Shown piece after piece: positions 18,574 through 28,143 of a stretch of DNA of 64,000 nucleotides; the stretch's first letter is position 1; every line of letters begins with the position of its first letter. The notes below the pieces were generated by a model. That model was not told where the DNA came from. It searched no databases and saw nothing but the letters and a program-made list of their open reading frames with translations. Made by a program: the position numbers and the translations under genes. This DNA is from Vicinamibacterales bacterium (GTDB lineage: Bacteria > Acidobacteriota > Vicinamibacteria > Vicinamibacterales > UBA2999): the NCBI GenBank assembly GCA_036407095.1, contig DASWZV010000065.1, positions 27,262-91,261 on the forward strand, written 5' to 3'.

Positions 18574-20160
18574 CTATGTCTCGACCTTCTCGCGGAGCGA
18601 GGCGAGGAGTGCCTGGCGGTCGGTCTTGCCGGTTGAAGTCTTGGGCAGCTCGTTCAGTACCTCGAACGATTCCGGAACCATGTAGACCGGCAGCCGTCCC
18701 AGACAGAACGATGGGAGATCGTCCGATTCGAGCGATTGTCCGTCATGGGGCGCCACAAACGCCCGGAGTCGCGCCCCGACTTCGTCGTCGGGAACGGGAA
18801 TGACTGCCGCTTCCCTGACCTTGTCGTGCTGGTGCAGCACCTGTTCGATCTCGCCGGGCTCGATTCGATACCCTCGCGACTTGACCATGAGGTCCCGACG
18901 CCCGACGAAGGAGTAGTTGCCATCGCGCTCCTGCCGGACGATGTCTCCAGTCCTGTAGATGCGATCGGTGAAAGCGGTTTGGAACGGGTTGCTGCCGAGG
19001 ACCTGCGAGGATTTCTCGGGGAGGCCCCAGTAGCCGGCCATCACCGTGCCGCCGCGCACCAGCAGTTCGCCTTCCTCGCCCACGTCAGCGATCCGCCCGT
19101 CGGCGCTCACCGCAAACACTTCGGTGTTCGCGCAGGCGATGCCGATTGGAATGGATGTCGCGCACGGATCGAGATCGCGGGGAACATGGAAATACGTACA
19201 GACGTTGGTTTCGGTCGGTCCGTAAAGGTTGAAGAACTCGGCTCCCGACAGGATGCCCATGACGTCTCGAAGGTACTTCTGAGGAAAGACCTCGCCGGCA
19301 AACAGCACGACGCGCAGGTCCGGGTACTCCAGGTTGCGCAGGCGCCCGTGTAGCAGCATGCGTACGAGCGCCGACGGAACCGAGTACCAGATGCTGATGC
19401 GCTGCGCCTTGATCCACTTCGTCAGCTCGGTCGGGAAGATCGAGACCTGGTCCGGAACCATGACGACGCATGCCCCGGCGGTGAGGGCGGCATAGACGTC
19501 GAGCACGGACAGATCGAAATGAAGCGGCGCGTGGCTGGACAGCCGATCTTGCGGGCGAACCGCAAACGTCTCCACTGCCCAATCGACGAAAGTCAACGCA
19601 TTCCGATGCGTGATGATCACGCCTTTCGGTGTTCCCGTGGATCCGGATGTGTAGAGCAGATACGCAGGATCGGTCTCGACAGCAGCGGTCGGTGCGCATG
19701 GCGCGGCGGCACCAAGGTCCTGCCACGCGCATTGTTCGACCCACCCACTGCTGGACGACCGGTCACGATCGACGACGATGGCCAGTTTCAAAGACGGGAG
19801 GGACGCAGAATGCTCATGCAGCGACTCGAGGTGATCGTCGCTCGCGACCACGGCGGAAACGGCGCAGTCGCTGAGAATATACGCCGCTCTGAGCGCAGGT
19901 CCGTGGGGATCGATTGGGACGTACACCGCCCCCGCTTTCGAGATCCCGAGCATCGCGACCAGACTCTTGTGCGTCTTCGGCATGTACAGTCCGACGCGAT
20001 GCCCGCGGCCGATGCCTGCAGCGGAGAGCGTGGCAGCCACAGCGTCACTGAGAGCGTCGAGCTCGCGGTATGTGAGGGTGTCATTCCGCCATTGGACGGC
20101 GGACCTGTCGGGACATGCCTTCGCGGAATGTCGGAAACCGTGCCAGAGGAGAAAACTCAT
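18574..20160 (-). CDS. Stand-alone adenylation (AMP-forming) enzyme, amino-acid-activating type
   Basis: Core motifs: LLYTSGSTGTPKGV (A3), HFDLSV (A4, Asp present), NLYGPTETNV (A5), YRTGDIV (A7), GRRDLMVKSRGYRIEPGEIE (A8) and PKTSTGKTDR (A10). There is a 2-nt gap to the carrier protein gene. Confidence 0.9.
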   Translation of the reverse strand: MSFLLWHGFRHSAKACPDRSAVQWRNDTLTYRELDALSDAVAATLSAAGIGRGHRVGLYMPKTHKSLVAMLGISKAGAVYVPIDPHGPALRAAYILSDCAVSAVVASDDHLESLHEHSASLPSLKLAIVVDRDRSSSSGWVEQCAWQDLGAAAPCAPTAAVETDPAYLLYTSGSTGTPKGVIITHRNALTFVDWAVETFAVRPQDRLSSHAPLHFDLSVLDVYAALTAGACVVMVPDQVSIFPTELTKWIKAQRISIWYSVPSALVRMLLHGRLRNLEYPDLRVVLFAGEVFPQKYLRDVMGILSGAEFFNLYGPTETNVCTYFHVPRDLDPCATSIPIGIACANTEVFAVSADGRIADVGEEGELLVRGGTVMAGYWGLPEKSSQVLGSNPFQTAFTDRIYRTGDIVRQERDGNYSFVGRRDLMVKSRGYRIEPGEIEQVLHQHDKVREAAVIPVPDDEVGARLRAFVAPHDGQSLESDDLPSFCLGRLPVYMVPESFEVLNELPKTSTGKTDRQALLASLREKVET

Positions 20161-20186
20161 GGAACCGACTCGGCGAACCGTACCAA

Positions 20187-21344
20187 TTACGTGCCGGGCG
20201 ACAGGCCAAGATGCCGAGCGACGATGAGGCGCTGGATTTCAGAAGTGCCGGAATAGAGCCGGGAGGCGACGTTGTCGCGCAGGTGACGTTCGACGTTGTA
20301 TTCGCGCATGTAGCCATAGCCTCCGTGAATCTGGATCGCATCGAGCGCTGATGCGACGGCCGCTTCGCTGATCGTGAGCTTCGCGATGGCGCCCTCGAGC
20401 GCGTTCGGCTCCCCGCACCCGTGCGCCCACGCGGCGCGATACAGCATCATGCGGCAGGTTTCGAGCCTCACCTTCATATCGGCGAGCTTGCCCGCGATCA
20501 GCTGGTAGCTGCCGATGGGCTTGCCGAACTGCTTTCGAGTCTTCGCGTACTCGACACATGTTTCGAGCTCATGCTCCATCGCGCCGACGGTGCTGCCGAG
20601 GATGCAGCTTCGTTCCCACGCCATCGAGTGGTTGAAGATCGCGGCGCCCTGTCCCGCCTTCCCGAGCCGATTCTCGACCGGGATCTCGCAGTCTTCGAGG
20701 AACACTTCCGCGGTCGGCGACGTGGTGAGCCCGAGCTTGTCCAGCTTCTGTCCGACAGTGAGGCCCTTCGTTCCTTTCTCGACAAGGAAACCGGTGATCC
20801 CCCACATGCCCTTGCGCGGGTCAACCGTGGCAAAGACGAGGAAGAGATCGCCGACGGGCGCGTTGGTGACGAAGGTCTTCGAGCCATTGAGCACGTAGCG
20901 GTCGCCTCGGGGATCGGCGGTGGTGCGCAGGGAAAACGCGTCGGTGCCGGTCTGCGGTTCGGTCATCGCGTGCGCGCCGATGAGTGTCCCGTCGCACAGT
21001 CGCGGCAGGTATCGCGTCTTCTGCCCGGGCGTGCCAAAGCGCAACAGCGGCGTTTCTATCGCCCACATGTGGGCATGCAGACAGAAGAGCAATCCCTGAT
21101 CGAGGCAGGCGTATCCGAGCGCCTCCATCACGAGCATGGTCGTCATCACGTCATAACCAGCGCCGCCGAACTCCTCCGGCATGGGCATGCCCTGGACGCC
21201 GAATCTCGCGCACTGCCGCCACAGCTCGCGTGAAAACTCGCCGGCCCGCTCGCGGGCGTGAAAATCGGCATTCAGCGTCTGGCGCGCGAACGCAATCGCG
21301 CCGGCGCGAAGTTCCCGTTGCTGTTCATTCCAGCTGAAATCCAT
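20187..21344 (-). CDS. Acyl-CoA dehydrogenase-family flavoprotein
   Basis: 385 aa. LIGAHAMTEPQTGTDA, FVTNAPVGDLFLVFA and QIHGGYGYMREYNVERHLRD. Confidence 0.9.
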   Translation of the reverse strand: MDFSWNEQQRELRAGAIAFARQTLNADFHARERAGEFSRELWRQCARFGVQGMPMPEEFGGAGYDVMTTMLVMEALGYACLDQGLLFCLHAHMWAIETPLLRFGTPGQKTRYLPRLCDGTLIGAHAMTEPQTGTDAFSLRTTADPRGDRYVLNGSKTFVTNAPVGDLFLVFATVDPRKGMWGITGFLVEKGTKGLTVGQKLDKLGLTTSPTAEVFLEDCEIPVENRLGKAGQGAAIFNHSMAWERSCILGSTVGAMEHELETCVEYAKTRKQFGKPIGSYQLIAGKLADMKVRLETCRMMLYRAAWAHGCGEPNALEGAIAKLTISEAAVASALDAIQIHGGYGYMREYNVERHLRDNVASRLYSGTSEIQRLIVARHLGLSPGT

Positions 21345-21362
21345 CGCGATCCGCGTCAGGAC

Positions 21363-22139
21363 CTAGCGGGTCGATTCCGGCACCGAGCCGGGGCTGCTGA
21401 CCGCTGACTTTGAACGGACGCGCCAGACCACGCGCGCAGGGTTCCCGAAGACCACACAGTCCGCGGGTACGTTCGACGCGACGACTGCGCCGGCGCCCAC
21501 GACTGCGTTGGCGCCGATGCGCACGCCTTTGAGCACAATCGAACCAGCACCGATCCAGCTATTGATGCCGATATAGACAGGCTTCGAGCGGCCGGCAGTG
21601 TTGTACCTCGGACGAGCGGAGACCTCGATCGAATGGAAATCGGAGTCCATGATCAACGCCTCGGCCAGTCCCGCATCGTCGCCGACTTCGATCCGCGTCA
21701 CGCAGCCGAGTCTCGTTCGAGTGAGCATCACTCGATTGCCGAACCTGATGACGGCATCAGGTGAATGCGTGTACGGCGTGGTCGGGCGGAGCCGCGTCGA
21801 CATGACCGTGCAGAAGTCGCCGAATTCCACCCGGCCGGGACCGCGAATGTCCAATGGTCCCGTCACCCGGAAGAACCGTCCGATTACCACGCGCCGGCCA
21901 AGGAGTTTGAATTTCCACCGGTAGTACTGTCCCCGCAGCAAGCCGCGGACGACATCGAAGGCCAGACGCGGGTTGGCCAAGGTCCGGCGGAGAGCGTATT
22001 CGAGACTGAGGCCGCCTGATGAGGCCTCGCTCGACGAACGGGACAAGGGTTCATCGCGTTCGGCGCGCGGACGAGAGAACGGACTTGCGTGATGTTCTGA
22101 AGACCAGTCGTGTGACACGCTGTTCGCCACCTCCGACAC
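21363..22139 (-). CDS. Left-handed beta-helix (hexapeptide-repeat) acyl/acetyltransferase
   Basis: The C-terminal half has hexapeptide repeats: IGINSWIGAGSIVLKGVRIGANAVVGAGAVVASNVPADCVVFGNPARVV. The N-terminal ~60 aa and the exact start are uncertain. Confidence 0.75.
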   Translation of the reverse strand: MSEVANSVSHDWSSEHHASPFSRPRAERDEPLSRSSSEASSGGLSLEYALRRTLANPRLAFDVVRGLLRGQYYRWKFKLLGRRVVIGRFFRVTGPLDIRGPGRVEFGDFCTVMSTRLRPTTPYTHSPDAVIRFGNRVMLTRTRLGCVTRIEVGDDAGLAEALIMDSDFHSIEVSARPRYNTAGRSKPVYIGINSWIGAGSIVLKGVRIGANAVVGAGAVVASNVPADCVVFGNPARVVWRVRSKSAVSSPGSVPESTR

Positions 22140-22546
22140 AGCCGTGCATCAACCCCGCCCCGGCGCGGATCATCGCGCCCTGGCACAGGCCAGTCGACTG
22201 CGATTGCTTGCACGATCCGCTCCGTCGACGTACGGAGATCACAGGATGAGCTGGGACACGTGCATGACGGACCAACGCGCGTCAGCACTTGCCGCGAACG
22301 ATCCGGCGCGTTCATCGGCGCGTCGCTCGTGCTCATATTCGTGAGTGCTCGCGATATGCGACGCCAGGATCCCGGAGATTCCGTACAAGAAAAGAGCGAT
22401 TGGGACACCTTAAGGTAGCCTCTACGTTTGGTCGAATGCGTACTCGGTCTCGCAATCGAGATCGTCCTCGGCCCACGGAGGGGGTCGCGTCACGAACCGT
22501 CCATCGGGAAGGCAGGTCGATGTAAAGCCTGTGATACATGAGAGAC

Positions 22547-22578
22547 GACCGTCCTGCACGTAGGTACGTGCAGCGGTC
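22547..22578. promoter_or_regulatory. Imperfect palindrome / hairpin in the long treS upstream region
   Basis: CTGCACGTA-GG-TACGTGCAG (22554-22573) is flanked by GACCG/CGGTC, with a 2-nt bulge on the left arm. Confidence 0.3.
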
Positions 22579-22779
22579 AACGGAAGCACGGCCAACCCGT
22601 CACGTGATCGACGCCGTGGGGCAACCGTGTGCACGACTCCGGAACATTCGCAGCCGCTGCGTTCGTCCGACCGCGTCGGGTGCGCCGCATTGGTTGATGC
22701 GTTCTGGACACGCCTTCACGCTGGTGCCTGAGCTTTGCTGTCGGAGACCTTACACTAGAGGAGGCATGACGACACCTCG

Positions 22780-24426
22780 ATGCCAACACTGAGACGCCCG
22801 GACCCGCTGTGGTACATGGACGCCGTGTTCTACCAGCTCCACGTCAAGTCGTTCGCAGACAGCAACGGTGACGGCGTCGGCGATTTCCCCGGACTCACGT
22901 CGAAGCTCGATCACCTCGCGTCACTCGGCGTGGACTGCCTGTGGCTCCAGCCCATGTACCCGTCGCCGTTCAAGGACGACGGGTACGACATCTCGGACTA
23001 CACCAACGTGCATCCGAGCTACGGCACGCTGAAGGACTTCGAGCTCTTTCTCCATGAAGCGCACAACCGCGGTCTGCGCGTCATCATCGAGCTGGTGTTG
23101 AATCACACGTCGGATCAGCACGTGTGGTTCCAGGAAGCGCGCAGTGCCACAGACAATCCGCGCCGTGATTGGTACGTGTGGAGTGACACCGACGAGAAGT
23201 ATCGCGGCGTGCGAATCATCTTCATCGACACCGAGCTGTCGAACTGGGCATGGGACCCGGTCTCGAAGGCATATTACTGGCACCGGTTCTTCAGTCATCA
23301 ACCCGATCTCAACTACGACAATCCCGCGGTCCGCGAAGAGATCTGGAACGTGATGAAGTTCTGGCTCGACCTCGGGGTCGACGGGTTTCGCGTCGATGCC
23401 GTGCCCTATCTCGTCGAGCGCGAAGGCACGTCATGCGAGAACCTGCCGGAAACGCACGCCATTCTGAAGGATCTGCGCACCCGTCTCGACGCGCATTTCA
23501 ACGACAAGGTACTGCTGGCCGAAGCGAACATGTGGCCGGAGGACGTCGGCCCCTATTTTGGGAACGGCGACGAATTCCACATGTCGTTCCACTTTCCGAT
23601 CATGCCGCGGATGTTCATGGCCGTCCGGCTCGAGGATCGCAAGCCGCTCATCGACATCATCGAACGCACGCCGCCGATTCCCGAGGGATGTCAGTGGGGT
23701 CTGTTCCTGCGCAACCACGACGAACTGACGCTCGAGATGGTGACCGAGTTCGAGCGGCAGTACATGCTGGACGAGTATGCGAAGGACCCGCGGGCGCGTA
23801 TCAACCTTGGCATCAGGCGACGGCTGGCGCCGCTCATGGACGGCGATCGCCGTCGGGTCGAGCTCATGAGCGCCCTGTTGATGTCGCTGCCCGGCAGTCC
23901 CATCCTCTATTACGGCGACGAGATCGGCATGGGCGATAACGTCTTCCTCGGCGATCGCAACAGCGTGCGCACACCGATGCAGTGGAACGGCGGCGTCAAT
24001 GGCGGCTTCTCGACGGCCGACCCCGAGCGTCTCTGGCTGCCGCTCATCTCGAATGCCGTGTACGGATACCAGTCGATCAACGTGGCGTCTCAGGAACGGA
24101 ATCCGACGTCGCTCCTGAACTGGACGCGGCGTCTCATCGAAGTGCGTCGCTCGACGCGCGCGTTCGGTCGCGGATCGATCGAGTTCGTCAGGCCAGCCAA
24201 CCATCGGGTGCTGGCGTTCACGCGAACCCTGAATCGCGAAACGATATTGGTGGTCAGCAATCTGGCGGGCACGGCACAAGCGGTCGAGCTCGAGCTCGCG
24301 GGGCTCGCCGGCGCCATCCCGATCGAGATGTTCGGTCACAGCGTCTTTCCGCGCATCGGACGCGAGCCGTACATCATGATGATGGGGCCATACGACTTCT
24401 ACTGGTTCCGGCTGCGCTGGCTGTAG
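22780..24426 (+). CDS. treS: Trehalose synthase / maltose alpha-D-glucosyltransferase (GH13)
   Basis: [69 protein letters not shown]13 regions: [21 protein letters not shown] and FLRNHDEL. Confidence 0.85.
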   Translation: MPTLRRPDPLWYMDAVFYQLHVKSFADSNGDGVGDFPGLTSKLDHLASLGVDCLWLQPMYPSPFKDDGYDISDYTNVHPSYGTLKDFELFLHEAHNRGLRVIIELVLNHTSDQHVWFQEARSATDNPRRDWYVWSDTDEKYRGVRIIFIDTELSNWAWDPVSKAYYWHRFFSHQPDLNYDNPAVREEIWNVMKFWLDLGVDGFRVDAVPYLVEREGTSCENLPETHAILKDLRTRLDAHFNDKVLLAEANMWPEDVGPYFGNGDEFHMSFHFPIMPRMFMAVRLEDRKPLIDIIERTPPIPEGCQWGLFLRNHDELTLEMVTEFERQYMLDEYAKDPRARINLGIRRRLAPLMDGDRRRVELMSALLMSLPGSPILYYGDEIGMGDNVFLGDRNSVRTPMQWNGGVNGGFSTADPERLWLPLISNAVYGYQSINVASQERNPTSLLNWTRRLIEVRRSTRAFGRGSIEFVRPANHRVLAFTRTLNRETILVVSNLAGTAQAVELELAGLAGAIPIEMFGHSVFPRIGREPYIMMMGPYDFYWFRLRWL

Positions 24427-24479
24427 GCGCGGCCTTCGCGCGGCAGGCACCCGAACGGTGCCGGGCGGCGCCGAGCATC

Positions 24480-25751
24480 GTGGAGCACGAGAGCACACTT
24501 TCTGACGCGTTACTTCGTCAGCTGATTGCCGTGGGCCAGGTGGACATCCTGGTCGGGCTGCCGACGTTGAACAACGCCGCGACCATCGTCGACGTCCTCC
24601 GGGCCGTCCACCAGTCGTTCACGCGCGACTTCCCACGACTGCGCACGGTCATGATCAACTCCGATGGCGGCTCGACCGACGGCACGCCGGATCTCGTTCG
24701 CTCCGCGTCATTTCTCGAGTCGGAGATGGTGCAGACGTCGCATCCGCTGCGGACGCTGCATCGGGTCATGGCGCCGTATCACGGCCTGCCGGGCAAACAC
24801 ACCGCGTTGCGCGCCATCTTCGCGGCCAGCGAGTTGACGCAGGCGAAGGTCGTGGCGGTGATCGATCCGAGCGGCCCCGCAACCACCGCAGAGCGCGTGA
24901 CCGAGCTGATCGCGATCATCGCGGAATCGAAAGTCGAGTTCCTGACGCCGCGTTACCGGCGGCATCCGCGCGACGGCGTGCTCATCACCCAGCTGGTCCG
25001 CCCGCTCGTGCGCACGCTGTACGCGATTGGCCTCGACGAGCCGCTCGGCGTCGAGTTCGGCTGCTCCGGACGCTTCGCGTCGCACTGCCTCGAGCAGGAG
25101 ATCTGGAACTACGAGTCGGCGCGGTTCGCGATCGATCTGTGGCTGCGCACCGAGGCCGCCACGCAGCGGTTCAGCGTCGGCCAGATCTGGCGTCCTGCAT
25201 CGTCGCCAGCACCAGGGAGCGTCACGCTCCGCGAAGTCATTCACCAGGTCGTGTTGTCGCTCGTCGAGAGCATGCGGGCGCACGAATCGTTCTGGCTGAC
25301 CGCCAACAACTTCACCGAGCTTCCGACGTGGGGCAACGATCCGGCGACCGCATCGGACCCGGCGCCATGGGATTTCCAGAGCCTTGCGGAGCAGGCCCGG
25401 CACGACATCACCGAGATCACGCCGCTGCTCAAGGAGGTTCTGGAGCCGGGCGTGGGTGCGGGTGTCGTCGCCATCGCCAACGGTTCGAAGCCCCGGTTCG
25501 ATGACGAATTATGGGTGAGGACGGTCTACGGATTTGCCGCCGCGATCCGGCACGGCCGGGTGAGCCTCGATCACCTGGCCGACATGTTCGCCCCCGTCTA
25601 CATGTGGCGCGCGGCCGCATTCATGGCACAGACCGTCAGAGAAAGGCCCGCGACGGTTCAAAAGCGGCTCGACTCCCTCTGCGATACCTTCCTGCGGTTG
25701 AAGCCGGCACTCGTTGCCAGTTGGTCGGATGAAACTGTGAGGTCCCGATGA
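24480..25751 (+). CDS. GT-A-fold glycosyltransferase-like protein (distant GpgS/MpgS-like pattern)
   Basis: VDILVGLPTLNNAATIVDVLRAV...VMINSDGGSTDGTPDLV...GKHTALRAIF...VVAVIDPSG...DGVLITQLVRPLVRTLY. The track ORF starts at 23982 inside treS, so I trimmed to the in-frame GTG at 24480. The exact start is uncertain. Confidence 0.55.
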   Translation: MEHESTLSDALLRQLIAVGQVDILVGLPTLNNAATIVDVLRAVHQSFTRDFPRLRTVMINSDGGSTDGTPDLVRSASFLESEMVQTSHPLRTLHRVMAPYHGLPGKHTALRAIFAASELTQAKVVAVIDPSGPATTAERVTELIAIIAESKVEFLTPRYRRHPRDGVLITQLVRPLVRTLYAIGLDEPLGVEFGCSGRFASHCLEQEIWNYESARFAIDLWLRTEAATQRFSVGQIWRPASSPAPGSVTLREVIHQVVLSLVESMRAHESFWLTANNFTELPTWGNDPATASDPAPWDFQSLAEQARHDITEITPLLKEVLEPGVGAGVVAIANGSKPRFDDELWVRTVYGFAAAIRHGRVSLDHLADMFAPVYMWRAAAFMAQTVRERPATVQKRLDSLCDTFLRLKPALVASWSDETVRSR

Positions 25752-26449
25752 TTCAAGAAATCGCGGATGCGCTCGCTCAGTCCTGGCATAACTTCGCCAC
25801 CGCGTTCGTCCTGTTCGTCCCTCGTCTCGTCGCCGCGACGATCATCTTCGCCGTCGGATTCGTCGTCGCACTCGTGGCGAGACGTGTGATCCAGCGCGGT
25901 CTCACCTGGCTGCAGTTCGATCGGCTGTCGATGCGCAGCGGTGCGAGCGAGATGCTGCGTACCGCTGACATGCCGGCCGCCGAGGTCCTCATCGCCAAGG
26001 TCATCTTCTGGATCGTGTGGCTTGGCTTCATGGTGTCGGCAGTCGACACGCTCCAGTTCGGGCCGTTTCGCGGACTCGTCGAGGAGTTCTTCCGGCTGGT
26101 GCCGCGCTTCCTGGTGGCGCTGCTCGTGCTGGTGCTCGGATTTCTCGTCGCCAACTTCCTGTGGCGGGCGACGCTGCTCGCGTCGGTGAACGCGGGACTG
26201 CCGGGGGCGCGGCTGTTGAGCGGCTCCTTGCGCGTCCTGGTCATCGCGCTCGGTGTCGTCATGGCGCTCGAGCAGATCGGACTCGCCACCTCGGTCGTAC
26301 TGACTGCGTTCGCGATCACGTTCGGCGCCCTGATGCTGGGCCTGGCGATCGCCTTCGGACTCGGCGGGCAGGAGGCGGCCAAAGAACTGCTCGAAGAACA
26401 GCTCCGTTCCAAGCGGGAACGTAGCAGCGACGCCGCACCGCACCTGTAA
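25748..26449 (+). CDS. Membrane protein with conserved TM-helix repeats (mechanosensitive-channel-associated type)
   Basis: ATGA overlap with the upstream gene at 25748-25751. The unit NF..A...F.PRL..A..I...GF..A is repeated (AFVLFVPRLVAATIIFAVGFVVA, FFRLVPRFLVALLVLVLGFLVA). Confidence 0.65.
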   Translation: MIQEIADALAQSWHNFATAFVLFVPRLVAATIIFAVGFVVALVARRVIQRGLTWLQFDRLSMRSGASEMLRTADMPAAEVLIAKVIFWIVWLGFMVSAVDTLQFGPFRGLVEEFFRLVPRFLVALLVLVLGFLVANFLWRATLLASVNAGLPGARLLSGSLRVLVIALGVVMALEQIGLATSVVLTAFAITFGALMLGLAIAFGLGGQEAAKELLEEQLRSKRERSSDAAPHL

Positions 26450-26486
26450 TCCGCCTCCGCCGAAGGCTTCGGCGAGACAGGGTCTT

Positions 26487-28019
26487 ATGCGTCGTTCGAG
26501 TGGCGTGCTGCTGCATCCGACGTCGCTGCCAGGCGGCGTCGGTATCGGCGATCTCGGGCCCAGCGCCTTTGCATTCGTGGACAGTCTTGCAGCGGCACGC
26601 CAGCGCCTCTGGCAGGTATTGCCGCTCGGACCCACCGGCTACGGCGATTCGCCGTATCAATGTTTCTCTGCGTTCGCGGGCAACCCGCTGCTCGTCAGCC
26701 CCGAGCGATTGATCGAAAGCGGGTTGCTCACCGAGTCGGACGCCGGCGGGCTCCCGCCCGAACCGGCACCACGTTCCGGGAACGTCGACTTTCCCTCTGT
26801 CATTGCCCATCGACGTGCGATCTGGCCGATTGTCCGCGATCGCTTCGACGCCGACGGCTCCACGCCAATGCACGATCGATTCGATCGCTTCTGCAGTGCG
26901 CAGGCAGGCTGGCTGGACGACTACGCGTTGTTCATGGCCGTCAAGGAGGCGCACGCGGACGCCCCGTGGATCGAATGGGAGCCCGACATCGCCAGGAAGT
27001 ATCCATCGGCGGTGGCGCGCTGGTCGGCGCAGTGCAGCGCCGAGATCAGGATGCACAAGGTGGTTCAGTTCCTCTTCTTCGAGCAGTGGGCGCGTTTACG
27101 TGACGCGTGCCACGCGCGCGACATCGAGATCATGGGCGACCTGCCCATCTTCGTCGCGCATGACAGTGCCGATGTCTGGGCGCATCGCGAGTTGTTCCAG
27201 CTCGATGAACACGGCGACCCGACAGTGCTCACGGGCGTGCCGCCAGACTACTTCAGCGCCGCCGGTCAGCTGTGGGGCAACCCACACTATCGGTGGGACG
27301 TCCTGCACGAGACCGGATATGCGTGGTGGATCGATCGATTCCGCGCGCTGCTCACGCTCGTCGATCGCATTCGCGTCGATCACTTCCGCGGATTCGAGGC
27401 ATCGTGGGAAATACCGGCGGGCGCGACGACCGCCGTGCGTGGCCGATGGGTGAAGGGGCCTGGCGCATCACTCTTCGAGGCGGTCCGCGGAGCCCTGAAG
27501 CTCGATCGCCTGCCGCTCGTGGCCGAGAACCTTGGAGTCATCACGCCCGAAGTCGAGACGCTGCGCCAGCGATTCGATCTTCCCGGGATGGCGATTCTCC
27601 AGTTTGGGTTCGGCACCGATCCGCAGGCACCCACGTTCCGGCCGCACAACTATCGTCGCGATCTGGTCGTGTACACCGGCACTCACGACAACGACACGAT
27701 CGTCGGGTGGTGGACAGGTGACAGCGGGCACAGCACTCGTTCGGAGGTGGAGATCGCAGAGGAACGCGACTACGCGCGGCGCTATCTCGATCTCGACGGT
27801 CGCGAGGTCCACTGGGCCTTCGTGCGCGCGGTTCTCGCATCGGTCGCGGAAACGGCAATCGTACCGGTGCCGGATCTGCTTGGTCTGGGCAGCGAAGCAC
27901 GGCTGAATCGACCAGGCACCGCCAGCGGCAACTGGCGTTGGCGAATACGCGAAGGGGAACTGACCGCCGAGGTGATGCAGAGACTCGGCATGTTGACCGA
28001 GACGTACGAGCGCGCGTGA
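26487..28019 (+). CDS. malQ: 4-alpha-glucanotransferase (amylomaltase, GH77)
   Basis: RSSGVLLHPTSLPGGVGIGDLG...WQVLPLGPTGYGDSPYQCFSAFAGNPLLVS, RVDHFRGF and GTHDNDT. Confidence 0.9.
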   Translation: MRRSSGVLLHPTSLPGGVGIGDLGPSAFAFVDSLAAARQRLWQVLPLGPTGYGDSPYQCFSAFAGNPLLVSPERLIESGLLTESDAGGLPPEPAPRSGNVDFPSVIAHRRAIWPIVRDRFDADGSTPMHDRFDRFCSAQAGWLDDYALFMAVKEAHADAPWIEWEPDIARKYPSAVARWSAQCSAEIRMHKVVQFLFFEQWARLRDACHARDIEIMGDLPIFVAHDSADVWAHRELFQLDEHGDPTVLTGVPPDYFSAAGQLWGNPHYRWDVLHETGYAWWIDRFRALLTLVDRIRVDHFRGFEASWEIPAGATTAVRGRWVKGPGASLFEAVRGALKLDRLPLVAENLGVITPEVETLRQRFDLPGMAILQFGFGTDPQAPTFRPHNYRRDLVVYTGTHDNDTIVGWWTGDSGHSTRSEVEIAEERDYARRYLDLDGREVHWAFVRAVLASVAETAIVPVPDLLGLGSEARLNRPGTASGNWRWRIREGELTAEVMQRLGMLTETYERA

Positions 28020-28052
28020 CCGACCAGAGCGCGCACGCTTCGGTGTAACGCG

Positions 28053-28103
28053 CGTCCTTGGTCCTTCGTGCTTGGTTCTTCGTGTGACCAAGTCCCAAGG
28101 ACG
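28053..28103. terminator. Nested inverted repeat between the convergent malQ and yqaA-like genes (candidate bidirectional terminator)
   Basis: Outer stem CGTCCTTGG (28053-61) / CCAAGGACG (28095-103). Inner stem CTTGGT (28071-76) / ACCAAG (28087-92). There is no clear U-tract. Confidence 0.4.
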
Positions 28104-28143
28104 AGGGATGGCAGCTACACGGAAACGAAAACTGCTCTCTAGA

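Noticed and set aside
23982-24479. Upstream extension of the GT-like ORF (track start 23982) overlapping the last 445 nt of treS
   Set aside because: The extension is Arg-rich, overlaps a well-supported gene in another frame and lacks family features. An in-frame GTG at 24480, just past the treS stop, gives a sensible N-terminus.
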